Of a DNA stretch of 64,000 bases, positions 17,692 through 27,612 are shown one piece after another (the stretch's first letter is position 1; each line of letters starts with the position of its first letter). The stretch is from an uncultured Thermoplasmata archaeon (GTDB lineage: Archaea > Thermoplasmatota > Thermoplasmata > Lutacidiplasmatales > UBA184). A program made the translations under genes and the position numbers. Below the pieces are notes generated by a model. It was not told the origin of the DNA. It did not search any database and saw nothing but the letters and a program-made list of their open reading frames with translations. The stretch spans positions 29,583 through 93,582 of the forward strand of contig CAWBEU010000008.1 of the NCBI GenBank assembly GCA_963787975.1. The letters are read 5' to 3'.

Positions 17692-18318
17692 GTGACCGAC
17701 CTTCCGACGTGCCGGCTCGCCACCTGGGCGGACCTCGACGCCTGGACCGGCGCGCTCGCCGCAAAGGTTCATGCCGCGGGCCGGGCCCCTCAGGTCATCG
17801 TCGGGCTCACCCGGGGCGGCTGGATACCGGCCCGCCTCGTGGCCGATTACTTGGGGGTGAAGCGGCTCCTGGCGCTCCAGACGGCCCACTGGGGCGTAAC
17901 CGCCACGAAGGACGGGCACGCGGCCCTCACGGAGCGGCTCTCGGGGTCCGTCGAGGGCGCTACGGTCCTCCTCGTCGACGACATCACCGACACCGGGGAG
18001 AGCCTCACGCTCGCGGCGGACCACCTCCGGACCGCGGGGCGACCGTCCCGTCTCGAGACCGCCACCTGCCTCCACATCACCCATTCGAAGTTCGTCCCCG
18101 ACTACTTCGCCGAGGAGGTGCCGGCCGACCATTGGGTCTGGGTCGTCTTCCCGTGGACCTACTGGGAGGACCTGCGGGCCCTCTCGGCGAAGGCGCTGCC
18201 CGAGGGGAAGGACGCGGCCGGCGTCGCGCAGCTGCTCCGAGAAAAGTGCCACCTACTGGTTCCGCCCGTCGATGTGGAGCGGGCGCTGCGCGAGACCGCC
18301 GCCTCGACGGCGCGGTAA
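17692..18318 (+). CDS. Phosphoribosyltransferase (purine PRT-like)
   Basis: PRPP-binding motif VLLVDDITDTGESL. GTG at 17692 is the first start after the gdhA stop, so the start is uncertain. Confidence 0.7.
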   Translation: MTDLPTCRLATWADLDAWTGALAAKVHAAGRAPQVIVGLTRGGWIPARLVADYLGVKRLLALQTAHWGVTATKDGHAALTERLSGSVEGATVLLVDDITDTGESLTLAADHLRTAGRPSRLETATCLHITHSKFVPDYFAEEVPADHWVWVVFPWTYWEDLRALSAKALPEGKDAAGVAQLLREKCHLLVPPVDVERALRETAASTAR

Positions 18319-18325
18319 GGCGGCC

Positions 18326-19411
18326 TTAGGTCTCGACGGCGGCGCCGGAAGGCGCCGCGGTCCGGTTCTTGAGGTATTGCGTCAGGAACCCGGCGAAGAC
18401 GAGCATCGCGAGCCCTCCGCCGATCGAGGCGAGGATGAGCACCAGTGTCGGTCCCGCCAGCAGGCCCTCGATGTACCCGACGAGGTAGGTGATCCCGTAG
18501 GCCACGAACCCGAGCGAGATGATCGAGAGCACGGCGATCGGATAGGACCGAGGGATGTGCCCCTTCGCCACGTACCGGCGAATGGCCCGCCCGGTTTCCC
18601 AGATCATTCCGCCGACGAGCCACCAGACCATGGCGGCGAGGAAGAACGAAAGCAGCTTGTCGAGGTTGTTCGCGGCGGTGGGCAGGTACGCGTTGTACCC
18701 TTCGAGGAAGCCGGCGCCAATGACGCCGATGGCAAACAGGCCGAATCCGAAAGCGATGGCACCCTGGCGTATATCCGCCGAGGCGGAGGTGACCGAGTCG
18801 ATGATCGCCTCGTCGATGTCGAAGGTCCAGAAGATCAGATAGATCCCGATCAGGAGCAGGAGTCCGATGAATCCCCAGACCAGCTGCCCGGCCGCCGCGG
18901 CCAGTCCCAACACGATGAGGACCAGCGCGAATGGCAGCACGGTCTTGGCGCGTAGCTTCGGATCCTTGAGCGCCCGGACCACCGTGTAGTAGGTCGACTC
19001 GATCCCGGGGGCCTGTCGGACCACGACCCGGCGCACCCCATCGATGCGGATGCGGGACGAGAGAATCGGCAGAAGATACTCGTCCTCGGCGCCGTCGGAG
19101 ACGAAATAGGCCGCCTCGGCGGGATGGTCCTTGAGCACCTGGTCGAGTTGCTCCGCGATGAGCCGGTCCGAGACCACGCCCACTTTGGCCGACCCGGTCA
19201 GGGCGACGACCTCGACCTCTTCCTCCTCCTCCTTGAGCTCGTCGTAGAGCCGAAGTCCCCCGAACAGCGCGTTCGTGTCGGTGTCCTCGGGGTCGGCGGT
19301 CCCGAGCTTCCCCGCCGCCTCGAGAACCGCCGAGCGGCCGATGATGGGCCCGTGAAGGCCGGTCTTGCGACCGATATCATCGTCTCGGTCGACACAGACG
19401 ACGAGGCGCAT
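18326..19411 (-). CDS. DUF373-family archaeal membrane protein
   Basis: The N-terminus MRLVVCVDRDDDIGRKTG...ADPEDTDTNALF is typical of DUF373, and the C-terminal half is multi-TM. Confidence 0.7.
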   Translation of the reverse strand: MRLVVCVDRDDDIGRKTGLHGPIIGRSAVLEAAGKLGTADPEDTDTNALFGGLRLYDELKEEEEEVEVVALTGSAKVGVVSDRLIAEQLDQVLKDHPAEAAYFVSDGAEDEYLLPILSSRIRIDGVRRVVVRQAPGIESTYYTVVRALKDPKLRAKTVLPFALVLIVLGLAAAAGQLVWGFIGLLLLIGIYLIFWTFDIDEAIIDSVTSASADIRQGAIAFGFGLFAIGVIGAGFLEGYNAYLPTAANNLDKLLSFFLAAMVWWLVGGMIWETGRAIRRYVAKGHIPRSYPIAVLSIISLGFVAYGITYLVGYIEGLLAGPTLVLILASIGGGLAMLVFAGFLTQYLKNRTAAPSGAAVET

Positions 19412-19521
19412 AGTACCATTGAACAGGCCGGCAGGGCACTATTAGGCCATTGGTTCAATCGCACTCACGACACCTGACGACACGCGTGGGAAACCCCTGA
19501 ATCGGCCGCGTTGAAGGCCTA

Positions 19522-19528
19522 CTTATAC
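19522..19528 (+). promoter_or_regulatory. TATA-like box (CTTATAC) about 31 nt upstream of the proS ATG
   Basis: An AT-rich word in otherwise GC-rich intergenic DNA. The same ACTTATA word recurs upstream of the gene at 21390. Confidence 0.3.
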
Positions 19529-19558
19529 GGCAGGAACGTCCCCCGCCGACAGTCACCG

Positions 19559-20986
19559 ATGGCCGAGCTTCCGGACAAGGCCGAGCACTTCATCGAGTGG
19601 TACCTCGAGGCCGTCGAAGTCGCCGGACTCACCGACAAACGGTACCCCGTGAAGGGAATGAACGTCTGGACGCCGTACGGCTTCCAGGCGCGTCGACTCC
19701 TCGACGGGCTGATGGTCCGAGGAATCGAGGCGACGGGGTCCCAGGCCGTCGAATTTCCCGCCCTGATCCCCCAGACCGAGTTTCAGAAGGAGAAGGAGCA
19801 CGTCAAGGGATTCGACACGCAGGTCTACTGGGTCACCAGGGGCGGGACCACGGAGCTCGACATACCGCTCGTGCTGCGACCCACCAGCGAGACCGCGATG
19901 TATCCGATGTTCGCGATATGGATACGTTCCCACAAGGACCTGCCGCTCAACGTCTACCAGATCGTAAACACGTTCCGTTACGAGACGAAGACCACACGCC
20001 CGTTCCTACGGATACGCGAGATCCATTTCTTCGAGGAGCACACCTGCCAGCTCACGGACGAGGCGGCGGCCGCCCGCTGCCAGTCGAACCTGGCCACGTT
20101 CCAGGACATCGCCGACGGTCTGGCACTGCCGTTCGTCGCCAGCCGGCGGCCAGAGTGGGACAAGTTCCCGGGGGCGTACTACTCGATCGCGCTCGACCTC
20201 CCGGTCGGAGGGGCTCGCACGCTCCAGGTGGGGACCATCCATCACTACCGCGAAAATTTCTCGCGGCCGTACGAGATCCGGTTCGAGGACCTTTCCGGCG
20301 AACTGAAGTACGTCCACCAGACGACGTTCGGTCTCTCGGAGCGCCTCTTGGGCGCCACCGTCGCCTTCCACGGGGACCGACGCGGGGTCGTCTTCCCCAC
20401 CTCGATCGCTCCGTTCCAGGTCGTGATCGTGCCGATCATGTCCCAGAACAGCGGACCGATCGCGGTGGACGCCGCCCGGACCCTGGCCGACCGCCTGCGA
20501 GTTCGGGGCCTCCGCGTTCACGTCGACGACTCGGAGAATCGCCCCGGCGCGAAGTACTACCTGTGGGAGTCGCGCGGCGTCCCGCTACGGATCGAGGTGG
20601 GTCCCCGCGAGGCCGCGGCCGGCACCGTAACCGCCGTCACCCGGCTGGGCGAGAAGAAGACCCTCGGACCCGGACCGCTCGAGGAACCGATTCTCCAGGC
20701 GCTGGTCGACTTCGACCTGGCCTTGGCCGCACAGGCCCGCGCGACCTTCCAGAAGTCGTTCTCGGTCGCCTACCGCCTGGAGGAGCTCAAGGATTCGACC
20801 ACGGTCCGGCTCGTCTCCTGGTGCGGAACCGAGGAATGCGGCCACCAGATCGAGCAGGCGATTGAGGGTGCCGTGCTGGGGGTGCCCGAGGGCGCCCTTC
20901 CCATCGATCCCGGGCCACTGACCGAGTGCATCGCGTGCGGGAAGCTGCACGGAACTCGCTGGACCCTCGCGGGTCGCCCGCTCTGA
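19559..20986 (+). CDS. proS: Proline--tRNA ligase (archaeal/eukaryal type)
   Basis: MAELPDKAEHFIEWYLEAVEVAGLTDKRYPVKGMNVWTPYGF plus class II motifs and a C-terminal zinc-type domain. ATG at 19559 is preferred over 19511. Confidence 0.9.
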   Translation: MAELPDKAEHFIEWYLEAVEVAGLTDKRYPVKGMNVWTPYGFQARRLLDGLMVRGIEATGSQAVEFPALIPQTEFQKEKEHVKGFDTQVYWVTRGGTTELDIPLVLRPTSETAMYPMFAIWIRSHKDLPLNVYQIVNTFRYETKTTRPFLRIREIHFFEEHTCQLTDEAAAARCQSNLATFQDIADGLALPFVASRRPEWDKFPGAYYSIALDLPVGGARTLQVGTIHHYRENFSRPYEIRFEDLSGELKYVHQTTFGLSERLLGATVAFHGDRRGVVFPTSIAPFQVVIVPIMSQNSGPIAVDAARTLADRLRVRGLRVHVDDSENRPGAKYYLWESRGVPLRIEVGPREAAAGTVTAVTRLGEKKTLGPGPLEEPILQALVDFDLALAAQARATFQKSFSVAYRLEELKDSTTVRLVSWCGTEECGHQIEQAIEGAVLGVPEGALPIDPGPLTECIACGKLHGTRWTLAGRPL

Positions 20987-21004
20987 GCGGGACGCCACGC
21001 CGCC

Positions 21005-21247
21005 TTACGCGGGGGGTGGACTCGCGGCCAGCGGCTCGGGCCAGAAGAGCCAGAGTCCGGCGACCCCGAAGAGGAGCAACGTGATTACGACGGCGTACAC
21101 GCCGTTGTCCACCCAAACCCCATACGACAAGCCCCACCAAAGGTAGAACACCACGGCGAGCACGACGAGCGCCCCGAACCCCCAGAGACCAAGCGTCTGG
21201 ACGGTGGGTAACTCGGATCGGTGAGTCGTTGCAGAGGAGCCGGACAC
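21005..21247 (-). CDS. Small hypothetical membrane protein (two TM helices)
   Basis: 80-aa ORF with two hydrophobic Trp/Gly-rich helices. No family was recognised. Confidence 0.45.
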   Translation of the reverse strand: MSGSSATTHRSELPTVQTLGLWGFGALVVLAVVFYLWWGLSYGVWVDNGVYAVVITLLLFGVAGLWLFWPEPLAASPPPA

Positions 21248-21366
21248 GGAAGCGGCCGCTGACCTGCGGTGCTCCCATTAAGCGTTTGGGGGGCGCGCCG
21301 CGCACTGTGCACCGGTCTCCCCCGCCGGTGGCCGTGGTGGGACCACCGACTTATAGCGGGGGACGG

Positions 21367-21379
21367 GGATAGTCTATCC
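21367..21379. promoter_or_regulatory. Palindrome GGATAG-T-CTATCC between a TATA-like word (21351..21356) and the ATG at 21390
   Basis: 6-bp perfect inverted arms read from the sequence. The position fits an operator overlapping the transcription start. Confidence 0.3.
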
Positions 21380-21389
21380 GAGGTCCGGG

Positions 21390-23814
21390 ATGGCGACGCG
21401 ATCGACGACTTCCGGCCGGGCCAAGCCGTTGTTCGGCCGCGCGGAGATCCGGGAGGGCCTCCTCCGACACCTCGATGCGGCGAAGGGCGGCGCCGGCAGT
21501 TGCGTGCTGATGGTCGGGGAGGGAGGTGTGGGCAAGACGACCCTGCTCCGGACCGTCACGGCCGATGCCCGGGAGCGCGGTTTCCAGGTCCTCGAGGGCG
21601 TCGCATTGCCCGCGGACCCTCCTCAGCCTTTCGCGGTCATTCAGGACCTCGTTCGGTCGCTTCGGAACGCGCCTCCGACGCTCGAAACCCCGGACCCCGC
21701 CACAACGAGCCTGCCTCTGCTGTTGGCTCCGGTGAAGCAGGACCGGTCGGACGTCCCACGGCCCGTCGGCCTCTTCGAGGCCCGGGTACGGTGGGGAGTC
21801 CGAAGACCACCTCCTCGCGCTCTTGGCCGGACCGGCGGAGCGCGTCGATGAGAGCCGGATGGAACTCCACGACCGGGTCTCCTCCTTTCTGAGCGACCTC
21901 GCCACGCGCGCCCCTCTTCTCCTGACGATCGACGACCTCCAGTTCGCCGACGATTCCAGCCTCCAGTTCCTTCGGGAGTTCGTTCGCCTTCTCCCCGAAC
22001 GGCGCATCGTCGTGCTCGCTACGAGCATGCCCGAGAGCGAGGCGCCCACCCGGACAGCCTCCTTTCTGAGCGCGCTCGCCGAGACTCCGGGCGTGGTCCG
22101 GATCCCGGTCCGAGCGCTCGCCGAGAACGAACTACCGGACTACGTCCGCTGGCTCATGGGAGGCCACGAACCGAGCCGGGACGCGGTCGTCCGATGGTTC
22201 ACTCAGACGGAAGGAAACCCCCTCTTCGTCGAGCAGCTCGTTCGCGGTTCGATGGGCTTTGGCCCGGCCCCCTCCACCCCCCGGGGGGATGCCGGCATCC
22301 GCGACCTCGAGGAGGTGCTCCGGGAACGGGTCCGCTCGCTCAGCGAGACCGACCGGCGGGTACTGGTCTACGGCGCGGTCTTGGGAAAGGAGTTCGACTT
22401 CCCTACCCTCCTGGCCGCCGCCGGCATTGACGAGGAGCAGCTCGCGGAAGCCCTCGACCGGCTCGTTCGCGGAGGACTCTTGCGGGAGAACGGGGGCGAG
22501 GTCTACGAGTTCGTGCGCGAGGCGGTCCGGGCCGAGGCGTACGCCGGTCTCACCGAGACGCGGCGGCGCATTCTGCATCGCAAGGCCGCGCTGGCCATCG
22601 AGCAGGGCTCTCGGGACCCGGAGGGCTCGATCTTCGAACTCGCGCGCCAGTTCTACCTGGCCCACGACGAGACGAAAGCGTTGGACTACAATCGCCGGGC
22701 CGCCCAGTTGGCGACCGCGGCGTACGCCTATGACGCGGCGATCGTGCACCTGCAGCGGGCGCTGGAATGCGCCCGACGGCTTCCGCATCGGGACCCCGCC
22801 ACCGAACTGAGACTGATGATCGAGCTCGGCCGGATCCTCGATGAGTTCGGCGACCTCCACCGATCGGAGGAGGTCCTTCGGGACGCGGTGAACCGGGCAC
22901 GGACGGATCCGTCTCGAGAACCCGACCTGGGGCTCGCCCTGCTCTGGCTGGCGAGGGATTTACAGAACCAGGGCTTGAACGCCCAGGCCCGGGCGCTAGC
23001 GCAAGAGGCGTTCGCGATCTTCGAGCGTCGGGGTAACCAGCGAGGCATCCTCGTCTCCCACCGCGTGCTCGGGGCCGCCAGCATGCGTCTCGGGGAGTTC
23101 GACGACGCCGAACGCCACAATCGGGAGGAGGTGGCGATCGCGGAGAAGGAGGGGGATAGCTGGGAGCGTGGCCACTCCCTCATCGACCTCGCCAACACGA
23201 TGATCTCCCGAGGCCCGGAAAAGACCGACGAGGCGCTGCGCCTCTACGACGCCGCCGGAGAACTGTTCGCGCAATCGAAGGATTACGCGGCGCTCGCCCG
23301 GGTCCACATGAACCGGTCCCTTGTGTTCCACAACGTGCGGCGGATGGACGAGGCGATCCGCGATATCACCCTCGCCGGCGAGGCGGCGGAACGGTCGGGC
23401 TCGCGGATTTGGATGGGCTACTGCGCGCTCAACGAGGCCCAGCTTCGCGCCGAGGTCGGTCAGGTCGACCGCGGCCGGGCCGCCATCGCTCGGGCCCGCC
23501 ATTTGCTCGGACCCTTGGGCGATCAACTCGCCGAGGAACAGATCACGATGATCGAGGGGATCATCGCGCACACCGCCCGGAAGTTCGACGAGGCGCGCGA
23601 GCGGTACGAGGCGGCTCTCCAGAAGGCCCGGGACCTGAAACTGAAACCCGATACCGCGGAGATGCAGCTTCGGCTCGCCATCCTGGCCATGGACCGGGGC
23701 GATGCCGACGAGGCCCGAACCTTCCTCCAGGCCTCTCTCGACGACGACGTCGTCACGCTCCGGGCCGACCTCGCACCGATGCTGGAGAAGCTCCAGCGGT
23801 CGCTCGCTCACTGA
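21390..23814 (+). pseudogene. AAA (AAA_16-like) STAND-type NTPase with C-terminal TPR array, split by one frameshift between 21736 and 21851
   Basis: Walker A GEGGVGKTTL is in ORF 21390..21851. Walker B LLLTIDDLQFAD and TPR-like repeats are in ORF 21823..23814. The total span is 3n+1. Confidence 0.75.
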
Positions 23815-23837
23815 CGCGGTCGTCGTCGAGCCGGACC

Positions 23838-24680
23838 ATGACCGCGAGCGATGTACCCGGCGCCCCCGCGGGCCTCGAAACCCACCGGGCCCCCGACGGG
23901 TCTCCGCTCCCCGATCGGGCCTCGCCGACCTTCGAGCGGGACGTCCAGGCGATGTTCACCCACATCGTCCGCCGGTACGATTGGTTCGACCACGCGGCCT
24001 CGATGGGCAATGACTACCTGTGGCGCCCCCGCGCCCTGTGGGACCTGTCCCGATTCCGTGCCGGGGAGCCGACGATCCAGCGCGTGCTCGACATCGGGTG
24101 CGGCACCGGCGACCTCACGCGCCTCGCCGCCCGCTACTTCCCTTCTGCCCAGGTCGTGGGGGCCGACTTCACGGAGGCCATGCTGCATATCGCCGACGCG
24201 AGAACCCGGCCCGAGTCGACGGCGTCGCGCGTGGGGTACCTGCGGGCGAACGCCCGACGGCTGCCGGTCCCGTCGGGATCGTTCGACGTAATCATGTCCG
24301 CGTTTGTCGCGCGGAATCTGGTGGACCTGCCCGGCGTGTTCCGAGAGTTCCGACGGGTGCTGCGTCCGCATGGCACCGTCCTAACCCTCGAGATTACAGA
24401 ACCCTCTTCGCCGCTCATCGGCCGCCTGTTCCACGCCTATTTCGACCACGTCGTTCCCTGGCTCGGCGCCGCTGTGAAGAGCGCGGGTCCCTACCGATAC
24501 CTTCCGAACTCTCTCCGATCTCTTCCGCTGCGAGAGGGAATGATCCGCCTGATGCAGGACGCGGGGTTTCCCCGGGTCGAGCCGCGTCCCCAATCGATGG
24601 GGATCGTCACTACCTATCTCGCGGGCAGCGAGCGAGAGGCCCGGGGCGCCACCGGCCCGCAGGGATTAATGAGCGGTTAG
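23838..24680 (+). CDS. UbiE/MenG-family (demethylmenaquinone-type) SAM-dependent methyltransferase
   Basis: In-frame ATG at 23838. YDWFDHAASMGNDYLWR and VLDIGCGTGDLT match the UbiE/MenG pattern. Confidence 0.75.
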   Translation: MTASDVPGAPAGLETHRAPDGSPLPDRASPTFERDVQAMFTHIVRRYDWFDHAASMGNDYLWRPRALWDLSRFRAGEPTIQRVLDIGCGTGDLTRLAARYFPSAQVVGADFTEAMLHIADARTRPESTASRVGYLRANARRLPVPSGSFDVIMSAFVARNLVDLPGVFREFRRVLRPHGTVLTLEITEPSSPLIGRLFHAYFDHVVPWLGAAVKSAGPYRYLPNSLRSLPLREGMIRLMQDAGFPRVEPRPQSMGIVTTYLAGSEREARGATGPQGLMSG

Positions 24681-24703
24681 GTTCGGGGAAGCGGGGTTCT
24701 CCG

Positions 24704-26659
24704 TTGACCGAGCCGCCGTTTGATCCGTTCCTCTATGCCCATGAGCATCGGAAGGAAGTCGCCTGGCTTTGCCAGAACACGAACCACCTGGTCCCACCCG
24801 AGGTCGTCCAGCCCGCGCTGATCGCCGCGATACGCGACCGGTTGTACGAGGGGTACCCGCTGGCCTCGGGTCAGCCGGGTCTCAAGGAACTCGTCCTCGC
24901 CGACCTGGGCCTTCCGTCCAGCACGGCCACGATCATCTCCGCGGGCGCGACCGAGGCGCTCTACATGAGCACCCGAGCGCTGCTCCACTCCGGCGACGTC
25001 GTTCTCGCGTCGGACCCCAGCTATCTCATCATCCACAAGTTCATCCAGCTCGCCGGAGCCTCAGTCCGAGCGCTCGGCATCTACGTCCCACCGTACAGAC
25101 TGACCGCGGAGCGCCTCAGCGAGGCCGTGACTCCCCAGACCCGAATGATCCTGCTCATCGATCCCCTGAACCCGCTCGGCTCTGGATACTCGAAGGACGA
25201 GGTCCGGGCGATCGCGGAGGTCGCACACGACCATCGACTGCTTCTCCTCAACGACGTGACGTATCGCGACTTCGCGGACAGCCACACGCTCGCCCAGGGC
25301 TTCTACCCAGAACGGACGCTCACCGCCTGGTCCGTCTCAAAGAACTGCGGGCTCGCCGGCCTCCGTCTCGGAGGCATGGTCGGGCCGGACGACCTGATCA
25401 AGGAGGCGCTACGGTACAACACCAACGACCTGGGTGTGAACGTCCTCGCGCAAGTGGCGGCGGCGGCCGGCCTGTCCACGAAGTCCCAGTGGTTCCCCGC
25501 GGTCCGTGCGACGACCCGGGCCAACCAGGAACGGATCCGTGACCTTGTCTCCGGTCTCCCGGACATCACGCTCCCGGTCTTCCCGTCGCAGGCGAACATG
25601 TTCGTTATCGACATCTCGGCGACCGGCGTGGCCCCGCCGGACCTTCAACGAGAGCTCCTACTGAGCCACGGCGTGTTCGTTCGTGCCGGCAACTATCTGT
25701 CGGCGGCGCACGGGACAAGATTCATCCGAGTCTCCTTCTCGAATCCGCCGGCCGACATCGACCGGTTCCTCCAGGCCTTCCCGGCCGCCCTGAAGAAACT
25801 GCGAAAGAACGTGGGCATGGCCCCGTCCTCCGCTTCGGCGGCCGCGGGCCCGGCCAGCCAGGTCCCCCGGGCCCGCCGATACTGCGCTCCGCTCTGGGCC
25901 CCCCGAATGGCTGGCCTCCTAGGGTCGCGCGTTGGTCGTCGGCCCTTTGTCGCGGTTCTTGGCGAGGTTGGACGGCCTCTCTTCGGGAGGGAGGAATGTG
26001 AAGAGCCTAACATCCGGCCGGAAGGGCTTGGGGGAACCCGTGAGGCGATGAGCACCCACCGACTTCATCGACCCGGCAATCGTAACGAACGACAATTCGG
26101 TGAATCCCGCTTCGACGAACCAGTCCCGGATCTTCGGCGTGAGGTCGGGTTCGAATCGCCCCCGCGTCCAGATCACCGTCGCATGCTTCGCGCAGAGCTC
26201 GGGGAGATGTTGGATCGCCCCACGAACGTCGAGGTCGCTGATGTTGCTGAATACCCCGCAGAGCAGCACGATGTCCGCCGGAACCGCACCGGCGTACGCA
26301 TTGGAGAGGGCGGCATCTCCCAGCTTGAACTCCACTCCGACCAGCCCCGCTCGGGAAGCCCGCTCGCGTCCCGCCTCGAGGAGTTCGGGTGTAATCTCGA
26401 CCAAGCGGGCCACCACGTCACGGACGCGAGGGTGGCCGATGAGGGTCGCGAGCAGGTCCCGGCCATCGCCCGCGCAGGCGCTGATGACGCGGACGAGACC
26501 CGGTGGGCGACGGTCGAGGGCCTCACGGATTCGGTCCTGGACCACCCGCAGGCGCTCGGCCATGGACGGATCTTCATCGTAGCTCCGGTGCCACTCCAAC
26601 CATTCACCCGTCATCGGTCGAACGGAGACACCCACACAAGTCGGTCCTTAATCGGTTGA
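24704..26659 (+). CDS. PLP-dependent aminotransferase (class I/II); the ORF has no stop until 26659
   Basis: TTG at 24704 is the first start. SVSKNCGLAGLRLGG is the PLP-lysine region. Aminotransferase-like sequence ends near 25830, and the remaining ~270 codons are antisense to the gene at 25919..26635. Confidence 0.7.
   Translation: MTEPPFDPFLYAHEHRKEVAWLCQNTNHLVPPEVVQPALIAAIRDRLYEGYPLASGQPGLKELVLADLGLPSSTATIISAGATEALYMSTRALLHSGDVVLASDPSYLIIHKFIQLAGASVRALGIYVPPYRLTAERLSEAVTPQTRMILLIDPLNPLGSGYSKDEVRAIAEVAHDHRLLLLNDVTYRDFADSHTLAQGFYPERTLTAWSVSKNCGLAGLRLGGMVGPDDLIKEALRYNTNDLGVNVLAQVAAAAGLSTKSQWFPAVRATTRANQERIRDLVSGLPDITLPVFPSQANMFVIDISATGVAPPDLQRELLLSHGVFVRAGNYLSAAHGTRFIRVSFSNPPADIDRFLQAFPAALKKLRKNVGMAPSSASAAAGPASQVPRARRYCAPLWAPRMAGLLGSRVGRRPFVAVLGEVGRPLFGREECEEPNIRPEGLGGTREAMSTHRLHRPGNRNERQFGESRFDEPVPDLRREVGFESPPRPDHRRMLRAELGEMLDRPTNVEVADVAEYPAEQHDVRRNRTGVRIGEGGISQLELHSDQPRSGSPLASRLEEFGCNLDQAGHHVTDARVADEGREQVPAIARAGADDADETRWATVEGLTDSVLDHPQALGHGRIFIVAPVPLQPFTRHRSNGDTHTSRSLIG
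25919..26635 (-). CDS. SAM-dependent methyltransferase (class I-like)
   Basis: VISACAGDGRDLL (motif I-like) and VLLCGVFSNI are present. It is convergent with, and fully overlapped by, the aminotransferase read-through. Confidence 0.6.
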   Translation of the reverse strand: MGVSVRPMTGEWLEWHRSYDEDPSMAERLRVVQDRIREALDRRPPGLVRVISACAGDGRDLLATLIGHPRVRDVVARLVEITPELLEAGRERASRAGLVGVEFKLGDAALSNAYAGAVPADIVLLCGVFSNISDLDVRGAIQHLPELCAKHATVIWTRGRFEPDLTPKIRDWFVEAGFTELSFVTIAGSMKSVGAHRLTGSPKPFRPDVRLFTFLPPEERPSNLAKNRDKGPTTNARP

Positions 26660-26711
26660 CCAGCCCCGGCCGCGGTCCGGCGTTAGATCCCGAACGCGTT
26701 CTTCTGCAGGT

Positions 26712-27593
26712 TTAGACTCCTGGGCGGTCAAGTCCCCTCGGGCCCGGCCTCGCGGTCAGATCCACTGCGACGTGTTGCCGCCCGGGACCATACGCCTTGA
26801 CCACCCGGGAGGCGACCGTTACGATGGATGCATCCACCCGTTCGGCCGCGTGCGCCACCTCGGCTTCTGCGGCCGCCACCCCGTCGTGGCTGCCCACTAT
26901 TAGGTGCACGTGTATCGTTCCGCCGGTGGGCTTCAACAGCGTCAGTGCCCGGGGCACCCACGGCACCGAGCTGGGCAGGTAGCCGAGGAAGATCCGGTCG
27001 AAGGCGCCGAGCGGCAGGTCCACCTCGCGATTGTCCCCCCGCAGGCATTCGACCCGGTCGACCACGCGATTCCGCCGGACGTTTTCGAGCAGGAACTCGA
27101 ACGAGGCCGGATTCTTCTCCACGGCCCACACGCGTCCCGCATGTCCGGTCGCCGCCGCCGGGATGCTGAAGTACCCGATGCCCGCGAAAAGATCCGCGAC
27201 GACCTCGCCGGGTCGCGTCGCCGTGCCCGCTCGATGCCGTTCTGCCCGGTTGCCCCGGGCGAACAGCATCTGCTGCGCATCCAGCCGATATCGGATTCCG
27301 TACTCGACCACTTCCGTCCGGGCATCGTCGCCGGCGATCAATTCGAAATGGGGGATCCGGAGCTCGCCGCGGGTCTCCCCGGCGCGACGCAGCACGCCGC
27401 CTACTCCCAGCTCGGCACACCAGGTCTCTCCGATCGCGTGGAAATGTGGACGGAGCGCCTCGGGTAACCGGATCACCACCACCCGGCCGAGCCGCTGGTA
27501 GCCCGCGGGTAGTCGCTCGGCGACCGGAGCGCCGAGGGTCGCGGCGATTCGCCGCCGGACCCGCTCGGCCGGTGGCACCTCCGAACGCCCCAT
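26712..27593 (-). CDS. tRNA methyltransferase of the Trm5/TYW2 (Met-10+) family
   Basis: VVADLFAGIGYFSIPAA and the preceding YRLDAQQMLFARGN are typical of Trm5/Taw2. Confidence 0.75.
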   Translation of the reverse strand: MGRSEVPPAERVRRRIAATLGAPVAERLPAGYQRLGRVVVIRLPEALRPHFHAIGETWCAELGVGGVLRRAGETRGELRIPHFELIAGDDARTEVVEYGIRYRLDAQQMLFARGNRAERHRAGTATRPGEVVADLFAGIGYFSIPAAATGHAGRVWAVEKNPASFEFLLENVRRNRVVDRVECLRGDNREVDLPLGAFDRIFLGYLPSSVPWVPRALTLLKPTGGTIHVHLIVGSHDGVAAAEAEVAHAAERVDASIVTVASRVVKAYGPGRQHVAVDLTARPGPRGLDRPGV

Positions 27594-27612
27594 CGCGGAC
27601 GGTGCCGGGCGC

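Noticed and set aside
16340-17764. A 474-aa minus-strand ORF
   Set aside because: It is exactly antisense to gdhA, which has unambiguous motifs. The translation is Arg/Asp/Gly/Val-rich with no family resemblance.
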